Counted from the stretch's first letter, positions 8,751 to 18,039 are shown. The stretch: 64,000 nt of DNA from an uncultured bacterium (GCA_963844965.1 CAWJQC010000007.1:267719-331718), one strand, 5' to 3'. The notes: generated from the letters alone by a model not told the origin. Made by a program: numbers and translations.

Positions 8751-10773
8751 ATGAAGAATACTTCCTGGACGGTGGGTGTTTTGGTGGTTTGTGTTTCTGT
8801 AAGTTTGCTTGCGGCGTCAAGCGCTTACGCGGCTACGCCGACGCTTTCGCTCGCGGTGACGAGCGGGGATTCTGTGCAGATAAACGTGATCGGCGATTCG
8901 AATTTTCCGGTCGTGTTTTATTACAATGTCGGCAGTTCTTCCGGAACGAACACAACGACGCTCGGTAGTACGAACTCCAGCGGCGTTTTTTCAACAACGA
9001 TAAGCACGGGCGCGTACGCGATAAACTCCAGCTATCCGGTATATGTCGTAGTGGATGGTCAGCAGTCAGCTACACAAACCTGGCCTTACGGCGCCAGTAC
9101 TTCCTCGGGTACAAGCGGTACGCCAGTACTCAGCCAGACAAGCGTTACGGTCGGTATCGGGCAGTCAGTGACCGTGACTTCGCAGGGAGGCAGCGGCATC
9201 TATTTGGTGTCCAATTCCAATTCTTCTGTGGCCGCCGCTTACGTATCTGGGACACAGGTTGTTGTTACCGGAAGCCAGCTGGGTTCAACGACAATGACAA
9301 TCTGTTATGTGGGTACCGCTTCCAATTGCACGAATTTGTATGTGAATGTGCAGAGCGGAACCGTGCAGGCGCTCACGTTCAGCCCGAACAACATTTCCTT
9401 ATCGGTCGGTGGCAGTCAATCTGTGACCATAAGCGGCGGGAGTGGAACGTATAGTTTGTCTTCCAATTCAAACTCCAGCGCCGTTTCCGTGAATTTATCG
9501 GGAAACACGCTTACGGTGACAGCCATCGCGGCCGGGAGCGCCAATATAACGGCATGCGACACGTCGGGAAATTGTAGTGTCTTATATGTGACGGTGGGCG
9601 GAAGCTCAACAAGCGGTTCCTTGTCTTTCAGCCAGACGAATCCGTCTATAGCGGTCGGACAGGTTATAAGCGTGAGTGTTTACGGCGGAAGCGGCTATTA
9701 CGTGTCCGCTAACACGAACTCCGGCATCGCCTCGCAAACGCTGAATGGCAACACACTCTCAATCTCTGGTCTGGCAGCCGGAGCGACGACGATCACCGTA
9801 TGTTCGGCGGTGAACGGCTGCGGCTACCTTTATGTCACCGTCGGTTCGTCATCCGGCACGAGCCAGACAATTACTTTTAGCCAGACGAATCCGTCCATAG
9901 CGGTCGGACAGGTTATAAGCGTGAGTGTTTACGGCGGGAGCGGGTATTACGTAACGGGCAACACGAATTCCAGTGTCGCTTCGCAAGCCCTTAATGGGAG
10001 CATACTTTCCATCTCCGGATTGGCAAGTGGCGCCACGACTATCACGGTATGTTCCGTGGCTAATGGCTGTGGTTCGATTTACGTCACGGTCGGTTCGTCG
10101 TCGGGCTCGAGTATGGCCATCACCTTTGGCACGACCAATCCCACTATTACAACGGGGCAAAGTATGAACATCTCGCTTTCTGGCGGTTCCGGTTATTTCG
10201 TTTCGTCTAATCCAAGTACGAATATTGCGCAGGCAAGCGTTACGGGCAATACGCTTGCGCTCTATGGCGTGGGCGTCGGCTCCGATTCGCTTACGATTTG
10301 CGCGAGTTCCGGCGGCTGCAACACGCTTTACGTCACAGCTGACAAGCGTGACGACCGTTCCGACCACCACGCAGACACAGCAAACAGTTGTTTCGAGCGC
10401 TTGGATAACCGAGATCCAGACAATGCAGACCCAGCTCACAAATATCCTCGCCCAAATCCAAACTTTACAAAGTAACCTTGCAAATCTTCTTACGCAAGTT
10501 ACCGCCGGCGCGCAAAGTCCAAGCGTAAGTGGCACGACGACCGCGCAATCCAGCGGCTATAAATTCTACAGCCCGCTCTCGCTTGGCTCGAGCGGCGCAG
10601 ACGTCACGGCATTGCAGACCCTCTTGGCCGCGAAGGGATATTACACTGGTTCCATAACCGGTTACTACGGTACGGCGACGATGGACGCGGTGATGGAATA
10701 CCAGACGGCTCATGGTATCACGCCGCTCGGCAACGTGGGTCCCGCCACCCGCGCGGCGCTGAACGCGGAATAA
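8751..10773 (+). CDS. cell-surface protein with tandem BIG2-like Ig repeats and a C-terminal peptidoglycan-binding domain (frameshift near 10330)
   Basis: ORF 8751..10475 has a signal peptide, S/T/G-rich sequence and at least 5 tandem ~80-aa repeats (…SQTNPSIAVGQVISVSVYGGSGYY…ATTITVCS..NGCG.LYVTV). Overlapping ORF 10225..10773 in another frame continues the sequence and ends in a PG_binding_1 motif (LSLGSSGADVTALQTLLAAKGYYTGSITGYYGTATMDAVMEYQ). Confidence 0.65.
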
Positions 10774-10808
10774 CAGTGGTATTTGTTTTTGAACCAAAAA
10801 CTCTACAA

Positions 10809-10845
10809 ACTGCCCCGACTGTGTAGTCGGAGCAGTTTTTATTTT
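10809..10845 (+). terminator. intrinsic terminator after the surface-protein gene
   Basis: ctgccccgactgtgtagtcggagcag hairpin followed by tttttatttt. Confidence 0.5.
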
Positions 10846-10879
10846 GGCGGTAGGTGGCGCTATAATTAAATTGCTTACA

Positions 10880-11974
10880 ATGATCAAATATTTATCAAGA
10901 ACAAATCCCAGACTTCTTCAAGGCACGGCGCTCCTGCGGCTTGACTTCAACACGGAAGACGACTGGCGGATGCGGGCGGTTTTGCTGACAGTCCGCTTTT
11001 TATTAAAATACGCCTCAAAGATTATTATCGTAAGCCACAGGGGGCGGCCAAAGGGCCGCGACAAGAAATTCAGCCTGAAAGGAAGCGGTTTGCGCCTGCA
11101 AAAACTTCTGGGCCGCCGGGTTAAGTTCGTGCCGGACTTAAACTTCGCTTATATTAAGAAGGCAGTCGCTGATTCGCCGCACGGCTCCATTGTTCTTTTG
11201 GAGAATTTGAGATTTTGGAAGGGGGAGGAGGCGAATGATTCGAAGTTCGCGAAACAATTGGCGTTGCTTGCCGATTATTTTGTGAACGACGCGTTCGCGG
11301 TTTCGCATCGGGCGAACGCTTCGGTCGCGGCAATCACGAAATTCCTGCCGAGTTATGCCGGGCTTGAATTGGAAAGGGAGATCAAGTTCCTCGGGGGCGT
11401 GATGCGCCATCCACGCCATCCGTTTGTTTTTGTCGTAGGCGGGGCGAAAGCAAGCGACAAGCTCGGAGTTATGAAATATTTCAGAAGCAAGGTCGATTGG
11501 TTCCTTGTCGGCGGCGCTGCGGGAAATACGGTTCTCGCCCTTAAAGGAATGGGTATGAAAAAATCTCTTAGGGACAAGGACAAAAAAGATTTAAAAGGAC
11601 TACGCGGGATTCTGAGGTATGAGAATGTTATATTGCCTGTGGATTTGAAATGGCATAACGGCGCCGCGCTTGATATCGGTCCGAGGACAATCGGAGCGTT
11701 CACCGGGAAAATCCGCCGCGCGAGAACTATAATTTGGAGCGGTCCGGTCGGCTATTTTGAGAAGCGCGGTTTTGACAAGGGGAATCTTGCGGTAGCGCGC
11801 GCGATAGCGGCGAACCGCAAGGCGTTCAAGCTCACCGGTGGCGGCGAAACGGTGATGTTCCTAAAGAAACACCATTTAGATAAGAAGTTTAGTTTTATTT
11901 CAACCGGCGGGGGAGCAATGCTTGATTTTTTAGCCGGAAAAAAACTTCCTGGGATAGAGGCATTAAGTAAATGA
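10880..11974 (+). CDS. pgk: phosphoglycerate kinase
   Basis: Motifs LLRLDFN, IIVSHRGRPKG, LLENLRFWKGEE, VNDAFAVSHRANAS and WSGPVGYFE match PGK. The ORF track starts at 10844; the internal Met at 10880 (MIKYLSR) fits the usual PGK N-terminus better. Confidence 0.9.
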   Translation: MIKYLSRTNPRLLQGTALLRLDFNTEDDWRMRAVLLTVRFLLKYASKIIIVSHRGRPKGRDKKFSLKGSGLRLQKLLGRRVKFVPDLNFAYIKKAVADSPHGSIVLLENLRFWKGEEANDSKFAKQLALLADYFVNDAFAVSHRANASVAAITKFLPSYAGLELEREIKFLGGVMRHPRHPFVFVVGGAKASDKLGVMKYFRSKVDWFLVGGAAGNTVLALKGMGMKKSLRDKDKKDLKGLRGILRYENVILPVDLKWHNGAALDIGPRTIGAFTGKIRRARTIIWSGPVGYFEKRGFDKGNLAVARAIAANRKAFKLTGGGETVMFLKKHHLDKKFSFISTGGGAMLDFLAGKKLPGIEALSK

Positions 11975-12705
11975 AAAGTTTATATAAAAAAGTGGCATTG
12001 GAATTAGCGGAAAAGGCGGGTAAAACTATGCTTGCTTATTTTACATTGGGGATGAAAAAGAATTGGAAAGAAGACAACACCCCCGTTACCGCAGCCGACA
12101 TTGAAATTAACAAACTCGTTATCAAAACCATCCGCAAGAATTTTCCTGATCACGACGTGCTTGGCGAAGAGTTGAGCGATATGAAAAGAGGAAGCGAGAT
12201 GGTGTGGGTGTGCGATCCGATTGACGGCACAATCCCGTTTTCTCATGGGATTCCAACGAGCACCTTCTCGCTTGCGCTTGTTTGGCGCGGGAAGCCGATT
12301 ATGGGCGTTGTTTATGACCCATTTCTCAAAAGAATGTTTTTTGCAGAGAAAGGCGGAGGCGCATTTCTCTGTAGCAAGAGAATATACGTGAATTCGAAAA
12401 AAGAATTGCGGAGCTCTCTCGTAGGTATGGAGGTATGGAGGGAGGCACAATTCAATTTATCCCCGCTTCAGATAGCCATGAAGAACGAGGGCGCAAAAAT
12501 AATCATTCCTTGCTCGACGGCGTATATGGGAATGCTTGTTGCGTGTGGCGAAGCCTCGGCAAGCATTTTTCCGGGATCTACCGCGCACGATGGCGCCGTG
12601 AAAAGGACCCTTTTCTTTAGACAGTCATTCGACGATTTTTTCGCCGATTTTTTTCACTTTACCACGCCGCTAACTGCTCGGCAAACACGACTGGCGGCAT
12701 CTTGA
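11971..12705 (+). CDS. inositol monophosphatase / FBPase family protein, 3' end interrupted by an IS3-family insertion at ~12605
   Basis: DPIDGT motif, WVCDPIDGTIPFSHGIPTSTFSLAL and the VYDPF region are typical of the IMPase/SuhB family. The ORF runs into IS-derived sequence after ...STAHDGAVK (nt ~12604) and lacks the usual C-terminal ~35 aa. Confidence 0.6.
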   Translation: MKSLYKKVALELAEKAGKTMLAYFTLGMKKNWKEDNTPVTAADIEINKLVIKTIRKNFPDHDVLGEELSDMKRGSEMVWVCDPIDGTIPFSHGIPTSTFSLALVWRGKPIMGVVYDPFLKRMFFAEKGGGAFLCSKRIYVNSKKELRSSLVGMEVWREAQFNLSPLQIAMKNEGAKIIIPCSTAYMGMLVACGEASASIFPGSTAHDGAVKRTLFFRQSFDDFFADFFHFTTPLTARQTRLAAS

Positions 12706-13444
12706 GGGCGGAGTGGATCCGCGTGTGGTTGTACTGCCACAAGGTGCTGTAGATCTCCGCCACGAGCTCGCCGAAGGTCCCGAACCGGTTGGGATCACCG
12801 AGGTCAATCTTGAACTTGTCATAGAACGATTCCTGGTAGCCGTTTTCCCATGGGGCACCGGGCCGCGACCGCGAGATCGTGATGCCACAGTCCCCCAGTG
12901 TATCGGTGAACGCTCGTGCCTTGTACTCGCTGCCGTTGTCCGAATGGAAGATGACCGGATGCGGATGGTGGAAAAGCGCGTTGGCCAGGGTCTGTATCGT
13001 GAGGGGCGATCCTTTCCGCAACGCCACATGGACGCCCATCAATCGTCTCGTGAAAAGATCGAGTATCGTGGACACGTACACTTTCTTGCCGCGATACAGG
13101 AACTCCGTGAAATCGGTTGCCCAGACGTGGTTCGCGTACGAGGGCATGATGGCAAGTAAGAGGTTCGGAAAGGCCCGCGATGCCTTTGATTTCCGGTATT
13201 TCCTGCCTCGCCTCCGGTACGGCCTTATGCCGAAGATTCGCATGACGCGCTGCGCTCGCGGACGGCTCACGCCCAGAGCTTGTCCCAAGCGCCGGGAACC
13301 GTATGCCGGATGGCGCTGCAATTCTTCTTCCATGCGGATCTTGAGCGCCCAATCTTTCTTGTCCTGCCGTGATACGTAGTAGAGCGATGCCCGCGAGACG
13401 CCCATGGCCCGCGCCATGGCGGACTTGTTCCGCTTTTCCGTCAA
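12659..13444 (-). CDS. IS3-family transposase OrfB (DDE integrase catalytic domain)
   Basis: …WATDFTEF…IFHSDNGSEYKA…SRPGAPWENGYQESFYDKFK… is the rve/DDE motif block of IS3 OrfB. Confidence 0.85.
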   Translation of the reverse strand: MTEKRNKSAMARAMGVSRASLYYVSRQDKKDWALKIRMEEELQRHPAYGSRRLGQALGVSRPRAQRVMRIFGIRPYRRRGRKYRKSKASRAFPNLLLAIMPSYANHVWATDFTEFLYRGKKVYVSTILDLFTRRLMGVHVALRKGSPLTIQTLANALFHHPHPVIFHSDNGSEYKARAFTDTLGDCGITISRSRPGAPWENGYQESFYDKFKIDLGDPNRFGTFGELVAEIYSTLWQYNHTRIHSALKMPPVVFAEQLAAW

Positions 13445-13704
13445 TTCTTTTTTTGGGCCTGGGAGAGCTTCACGGTGAGCTCGCCCACCACTTCAAACAG
13501 CTCCCTGTTCTGCTTCTGGAGACGGCTGAACTCGCCCCAGGAAGGGACGCCCGATGCTCCTGCGCCTAGCCAATTGTAGATGGTGGACTCGTGCAAACCG
13601 TGGTCCTTCGCAGCCTGCGCTACGGGGACTCCTTCTTCCTTCACCCGGCGGAGGATGTCCGCCTTCACTTCCTTCGCAATCCGATGCCCTTTTTTGTTGC
13701 TCAT
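13441..13704 (-). CDS. IS3-family transposase OrfA (HTH DNA-binding)
   Basis: 87 aa, HTH (VAQAAKDHGLHESTIYNWL) plus leucine-zipper-like C-terminus. It ends QKKN* within the A AAA AAG slippery site. Confidence 0.8.
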   Translation of the reverse strand: MSNKKGHRIAKEVKADILRRVKEEGVPVAQAAKDHGLHESTIYNWLGAGASGVPSWGEFSRLQKQNRELFEVVGELTVKLSQAQKKN

Positions 13705-13718
13705 GACACAATGGTAGT

Positions 13719-14051
13719 TTGTTTCGACCTTTGTGTCTAAATTACGGGGTCCGGGTCAAAACAAAAGAGGTCGTCAGAGTCCTCTCGAAGGCCGGCTTCA
13801 CGCAACAGGAGATACTTGATGCCATCTGGAACGCCGACTTTGTAAAAGATGAGAACGGCGGAGCCGTCGTGAACGCCATGTACGAAGCAAAGATTCCGGT
13901 CGCCGATATCGTCGGAGTGCTTATGAGGGAAAAGATCGATCCCGACGACCTCGACGGCGAAATGGGCGGAGAAGAAGTTGACACGCGCACCCGCGTTGAG
14001 ATTCTCCATTCGCTCTTTGAGGCGATTGACGGCGAGAAAGAGACAGCTTAA
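13719..14051 (+). CDS. hypothetical protein (start overlaps IS end; true start uncertain)
   Basis: 110 aa acidic ORF with a TTG start inside the IS terminal repeat. It does not resemble the missing IMPase C-terminus. Confidence 0.25.
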   Translation: MFRPLCLNYGVRVKTKEVVRVLSKAGFTQQEILDAIWNADFVKDENGGAVVNAMYEAKIPVADIVGVLMREKIDPDDLDGEMGGEEVDTRTRVEILHSLFEAIDGEKETA

Positions 14052-14140
14052 TTTTTCCACGATTACCACCAGGCCGCATATTCATATCTGCGGCCATTTT
14101 CTTTTGGTTTGAATCAGAAGTCGCTTCTCTTTCTTTATTC

Positions 14141-14220
14141 TCCGCGGAGCCATTTTTCATTTTCCGCCCGCACTGCCTACCTTCTCTAATTTTTGCCAAA
14201 GGCGGACAAGCCTGCCTGCC
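14141..14220. repeat. ~80-bp intergenic repeat, copy A (upstream of the metallopeptidase gene)
   Basis: tccgcggagccatttttcattttccgcccgcactgcctaccttctctaatttttgccaaaggcggacaagcctgcctgcc is ~88% identical to copy B at 14757..14836. It is followed by TAGAAT 8 nt before the ATG. Confidence 0.6.
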
Positions 14221-14246
14221 TCCGGCGGGAATGGTAGAATAAGCTT

Positions 14247-14651
14247 ATGCTGAAATTGGGGCGGGATGAATTTGAGAAAATCGTAGAGGAAGGAATACAT
14301 GCGGTTCCGGAAAAGTTTTTACAGAAGTTGGATAACGTGGCGATCGTGATCGACGAGGAACCGACGCCGGCCCAGAAAAAGAAGCTGAATATCCATCCAA
14401 ACTGGACACTCTTCGGCTTATACGAAGGCGTGCCGCAGGTATCGCGAGGGGCGAACTATACCGCTGTGCTTCCCGATAAAATAACTATTTTCCAAAAGCC
14501 GATCGAAGACGAGGCCGTGGATAAGGAAGACATTAAAAAGATGGTGAGGGATACGGTTTGGCATGAAATTGCCCACCATTTTGGCATGGACGAATCCCGC
14601 GTGCGTGAAGCCGAAGCCAGAAGGCGAAAGCTCCGCGGCAGCGCGAAATAG
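14247..14651 (+). CDS. zincin-like metallopeptidase family protein (DUF1025-type, HExxH)
   Basis: 134 aa. HEIAHHFG motif and the N-terminal LGRDEFEKIVEEGIHAVPEKF…NVAIVIDE pattern match the small Zn-metallopeptidase (Zincin_1/DUF1025) family. Confidence 0.55.
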   Translation: MLKLGRDEFEKIVEEGIHAVPEKFLQKLDNVAIVIDEEPTPAQKKKLNIHPNWTLFGLYEGVPQVSRGANYTAVLPDKITIFQKPIEDEAVDKEDIKKMVRDTVWHEIAHHFGMDESRVREAEARRRKLRGSAK

Positions 14652-14756
14652 GCGAATGGAGGAAACCGGTCAACCCCGAACAACCCCGCCAAATAAACCA
14701 TTCCAACATTCTGCAGAATGTTGGAATGATGTTTTTCAGCCCCGCCCTCCTGCCCC

Positions 14757-14836
14757 TCCGCGGAGCCGTTTTCATTTTCCGCTCATGCCGTTTACCTTCT
14801 CTAATTTCCGTCAAAGGCGGACAAGTCTGCCTGCCC
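14757..14836. repeat. ~80-bp intergenic repeat, copy B (upstream of the small membrane ORF/cyclophilin)
   Basis: See copy A. Followed ~70 nt later by TAAAAT immediately before the ATG at 14914. Confidence 0.6.
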
Positions 14837-14913
14837 TTGGCATGGCCTCTGGAGGGAGCCACATCGTCTTGGCTTGTCTTTTTTCCCCGCGACGAGAGTG
14901 GTAAAATAGTTCT

Positions 14914-15111
14914 ATGAAAAAATCATCACTTATAGCGGTGGTCGCGGTTGCCGTCGTTGCCGTCATCTCCGCCGTTCTCATGTTCAGGAACGCGCCGGCT
15001 CCGCCGGAGACCTCGCCGGTCGCGCCACAGAATCTTCAGCCCGCAACCGCGCCATCCGCGCCTTCGTCGAGCGCGGATCGCAAACCCAAACGCAAAACAT
15101 GGAACATTTAA
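14914..15111 (+). CDS. small membrane-anchored Pro/Ala-rich protein (possibly the N-terminal anchor of the downstream cyclophilin if an indel is present)
   Basis: 65 aa: TM helix (LIAVVAVAVVAVISAVLMF) then a PAPPETSPVAPQNLQP linker. Ends 12 nt into the cyclophilin ORF in another frame, next to a short A-run. Confidence 0.3.
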   Translation: MKKSSLIAVVAVAVVAVISAVLMFRNAPAPPETSPVAPQNLQPATAPSAPSSSADRKPKRKTWNI

Positions 15112-15578
15112 TTACGCTCAGAACCACCATGGGCGATATCCAATTCGGGACCTACGACTCGGACGCTCCGAATACGGTGAACAACTTCATCACGCTCGCG
15201 CAAAAAGGATTTTATAACAACGTCATTTTTCACCGCGTCATCAAGGGATTTATGATACAAGGCGGCGACCCTACGGGAACCGGCACGGGAGGTCCGGGGT
15301 ACTCCTTTGCGGACGAACTCAATCCCGCGACGCCTTCTTACCAGGCGGGATACAAGAAGGGCGTGGTCGCGATGGCGAACGCCGGACCGAACACGAACGG
15401 CAGCCAATTTTTCATCATGCTTGCCGATTATCCGCTGGACCATAACTATACGATCTTCGGCAAGGTGGTGGCCGGACAGGGCGTCGTGGACGCGATCGGC
15501 GATCTTCCGACCGACGCGAACGACAGGCCTCTGCAACCGCCGGCGATAAAGAGCGTTGTCGTGGAAGTTGCGAAGTAG
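15099..15578 (+). CDS. ppiB: peptidyl-prolyl cis-trans isomerase, cyclophilin type
   Basis: 159 aa with FHRVIKGFMIQGGDPTGTGTGGPGYSF, MANAGPNTNGSQFFI and the rest of the cyclophilin signature. Confidence 0.85.
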   Translation: MEHLITLRTTMGDIQFGTYDSDAPNTVNNFITLAQKGFYNNVIFHRVIKGFMIQGGDPTGTGTGGPGYSFADELNPATPSYQAGYKKGVVAMANAGPNTNGSQFFIMLADYPLDHNYTIFGKVVAGQGVVDAIGDLPTDANDRPLQPPAIKSVVVEVAK

Positions 15579-15745
15579 GGGACATCCTCTTTTCGTTTTG
15601 AGTCGGTCGTAAGCAATCAGAAATTCAAAACTATCTCTCTACCCCTCGTGCCGGCCAGGTCTGCCTGTCGGTAGGCGGGCACAGAATTGAGGTTGTTATA
15701 CTCGTATGGTATGTTTAATTCATATAAATTAAACCCCATACATAC

Positions 15746-16147
15746 ATGCTTAAAGAGTTCAAACAGTTTTTGCTTCGGGGAAATGTCGTTGATCTGGCGG
15801 TCGGAGTCGTCGTCGGCGCGGCTTTTGGCACGGTCGTTACCGCTCTTGTTTCGGACCTCCTAACCCCGTTCATCGCGGCCATCATCAAGGTACCGGATTT
15901 TAGCGGCCTTGCGTTTACGATCAACGGCAGTAAGTTCATGTACGGCCATCTTATAAACGCCGTCATCTCGTTCATGCTTGTCGCGGCCGCCATTTTTTTC
16001 TTCGTGGTCAAACCGATAAATGTGCTCATCGCCCGATCCCGCAAAGAGCCTCCGGCGGATCCCACCACGAAAAAATGCAAAGAATGTCTGAGTGAGATCC
16101 CTATTGAAGCCAAACGCTGTTCGCACTGCGCGCAGTTGGTTGTCTAA
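15746..16147 (+). CDS. mscL: large-conductance mechanosensitive channel MscL with C-terminal CxxC...CxxC zinc-ribbon tail
   Basis: N-terminal FKQFLLRGNVVDLAVGVVVGAAFGTVVTALVSDLLTPFI is the MscL signature. The C-terminus is KKCKECLSEIPIEAKRCSHCAQLVV. Confidence 0.85.
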   Translation: MLKEFKQFLLRGNVVDLAVGVVVGAAFGTVVTALVSDLLTPFIAAIIKVPDFSGLAFTINGSKFMYGHLINAVISFMLVAAAIFFFVVKPINVLIARSRKEPPADPTTKKCKECLSEIPIEAKRCSHCAQLVV

Positions 16148-16253
16148 ATAAGAACCTGAAATTTTTTCTCCGCCCTTCGCGCCGAAACAAGCGGCGCTCG
16201 CGCTGGGAAGGGAACTTGAACTTCTGAATCCAGCGTAGCGCGATAGGCTCATA

Positions 16254-16282
16254 GGCCGGGACTTTGTGTTCCGGCTTTTTTA
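16254..16282 (+). terminator. intrinsic terminator downstream of mscL
   Basis: ggccgggactttgtgttccggc followed by tttttt. Confidence 0.45.
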
Positions 16283-16294
16283 TATTGCGCAGCC

Positions 16295-17419
16295 CTAATC
16301 TATTGTCTGTGTTTCTAAAGGCGGCTCCGTTTGGCTTTGGACGACATCAAACCTCAGCTGGCCGATGACGCCGCCGTCCGGCGTTTCCACGTTCACGCGC
16401 CACTCACCGGGTGTTACATATGATATCGTAGAGAAGGTCCGGTAGCCGCGCTCGTTTCCGCCGACGACGGAGAGCGCAATGCGGCTGCGGGTTGACCAGA
16501 TGCCTTTCGCCTGGTCGTAGTACTGCCACTCGTGGACGATATCCGTGTTCAGAGCGGTCGGAGAGAACACGGCAGTATAGGCGTAAAGCGCGTCGCCCGC
16601 GACAATATGCGTCGTTTGATCCCAGTTGAGGAGACCGAACAGATCAAAGCCGTGCTTTTCGCTGGTCACCGTGTAATTGCCGGGTCCGTTCGCGACGAGA
16701 GAGTGATAGACAGCCCCGTCTTCCAAAGAAAGCGGCAGGGGCGGAATGAGATTCAGGAAGTAAAGCGTGTTCACCCCTGCGAGGATGAATACTATCGCGG
16801 CGACGGCCAGACGTCTGCTTCTTGCCGTGAAATTTTCGCGCAAGATGATGCGGAAGATGAAGAAGAGGACGCGGATAGCCGCCACGCTAACAACACCGCT
16901 CAAGATAAATATCCAGGGACCGATCCTGTGGAGTAGGATTGGCACGAGGTATATCGCGAAAGCATAATAGGCGAGGAAGAGCAGTGAGATCTGGAAGGAA
17001 ATGCGGGCGTAGTGGCGCTTGAGCGATTCGTTGGCCACGAAGGCGGCCGCGAGGAGCAGAAGGAACGGCCAGCTCGCGGTTATCGCGGAGCTGCGGAAAT
17101 AAAAAACCAGGTATGTTGAGAGAATGCCGCCGAAAAAGAATTGCATCACGTTCACGAGCCAGAAGCGCAGCTTCTGCGGGTTTGCCTCGGGGCGCACGCC
17201 GCTCTCGTCGGCAGTATCGTCCAAAATATTTAGCCAAATGGCGCAGACGGTGACGATGGTTAGGTGCGCGACGACCCAGAAATTTTCCCAGAACATGTCC
17301 ACGCGGTGTAGCGTCAGGGCGTCAAAGACGAATCCGCCTATGAGCGAAAAGGAAGAGAGCGGCCGTTCGTAGCGTCCGTACCAGCTCCTTGCGCGCGCAA
17401 AAATGGATCCAGCCGACAT
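16295..17419 (-). CDS. polytopic membrane protein with C-terminal extracytoplasmic beta-rich domain (DUF2914-like)
   Basis: 374 aa, ~7 predicted TM helices then a ~130-aa soluble C-terminal domain (…GEWRVNVETPDGGVIGQLRFDV). The family assignment is tentative. Confidence 0.4.
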   Translation of the reverse strand: MSAGSIFARARSWYGRYERPLSSFSLIGGFVFDALTLHRVDMFWENFWVVAHLTIVTVCAIWLNILDDTADESGVRPEANPQKLRFWLVNVMQFFFGGILSTYLVFYFRSSAITASWPFLLLLAAAFVANESLKRHYARISFQISLLFLAYYAFAIYLVPILLHRIGPWIFILSGVVSVAAIRVLFFIFRIILRENFTARSRRLAVAAIVFILAGVNTLYFLNLIPPLPLSLEDGAVYHSLVANGPGNYTVTSEKHGFDLFGLLNWDQTTHIVAGDALYAYTAVFSPTALNTDIVHEWQYYDQAKGIWSTRSRIALSVVGGNERGYRTFSTISYVTPGEWRVNVETPDGGVIGQLRFDVVQSQTEPPLETQTID

Positions 17420-17490
17420 TGCAATTTGTATTTTAACATTATTCGGAGATATGATTAATGGTGGTGAAATAAATTAATACATAAAAACAA

Positions 17491-17949
17491 ATGCGTAAAT
17501 TTTATTGGAGCGAGGAATACGCCGTTGGTATCAGGATATTGGACGAACAACACAGACGCTTTTTTGAGATTGCGGACAAAATTATAGATCTAGAGTCAAA
17601 ACAGAATACTACCATGGACGAATTGCTCGCCGTCGCCGAACAGAATGCTACCAGGAACAAATTGCTCGCCGCTGCCAAGGAGCTTGAAGCGCATGCCGCG
17701 GGTCACCTGAAAACCGAGGAGGATTATTTTGACTCCCTTAATTATCCGAGCGCCCAACTTCACGTTGAGGCCCATAATTTGTTCCGGAAGAGAGTTGATA
17801 ATTTTCTCGCGATGATAGCGGACGAGAATATCCATGGCGAAGATATCGCCGAAGAAATGGCTTCCTACTGCATTTTCTGGCTATCCGACCACATCTTGCT
17901 CATGGATAAAAAGTACACCGTGTTTTTCAGGGAACACGGCCTTAAATGA
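17491..17949 (+). CDS. hemerythrin-like metal-binding protein (bacteriohemerythrin)
   Basis: W..EYAVGIRILDEQHRRFF…H...EEDYF…HVEAHNLF…H (H/E/D ligand pattern of the hemerythrin HHE domain). Internal duplication ELLAVAEQNATRNKLLAAAKEL. Confidence 0.65.
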   Translation: MRKFYWSEEYAVGIRILDEQHRRFFEIADKIIDLESKQNTTMDELLAVAEQNATRNKLLAAAKELEAHAAGHLKTEEDYFDSLNYPSAQLHVEAHNLFRKRVDNFLAMIADENIHGEDIAEEMASYCIFWLSDHILLMDKKYTVFFREHGLK

Positions 17950-18039
17950 CTTTCTGCCGCCTGATGCCGGCTGGAAATAAAAATTTCACCGAAAGTTCAC
18001 GAACTTAGTTGGTTAATTAAAATGAGGTTTAAGAATTAA

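Larger units (their letters stand above)
12605..13757 (-). mobile_element. IS3-family insertion sequence (orfA + orfB with programmed -1 frameshift site)
   Basis: orfA (HTH) and orfB (DDE integrase core) overlap at an A_AAA_AAG slippery heptamer (minus strand, 13447-13453). Imperfect terminal inverted repeats ggaccc..tttagaca.. appear at ~12605 and ~13757. Boundaries are approximate. Confidence 0.65.

Noticed and set aside
9849-10535. 228-aa minus-strand ORF antisense to the BIG2-repeat surface protein
   Set aside because: Arg/Cys-rich shadow frame of a Ser/Thr/Gly repeat gene.
12670-13379. Several ORFs (12670..13029 -, 12713..13159 +, 12819..13352 -, 12879..13379 +) inside the IS3 element
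   Set aside because: These are alternative frames of the orfB region. The DDE-motif frame is the real one.
13719-14051. Considered whether this ORF is the displaced C-terminus of the IS-interrupted IMPase-family gene
   Set aside because: Its sequence does not resemble the IMPase C-terminal WD(I/V)AAG…REAGG block, so it is treated as an independent hypothetical.
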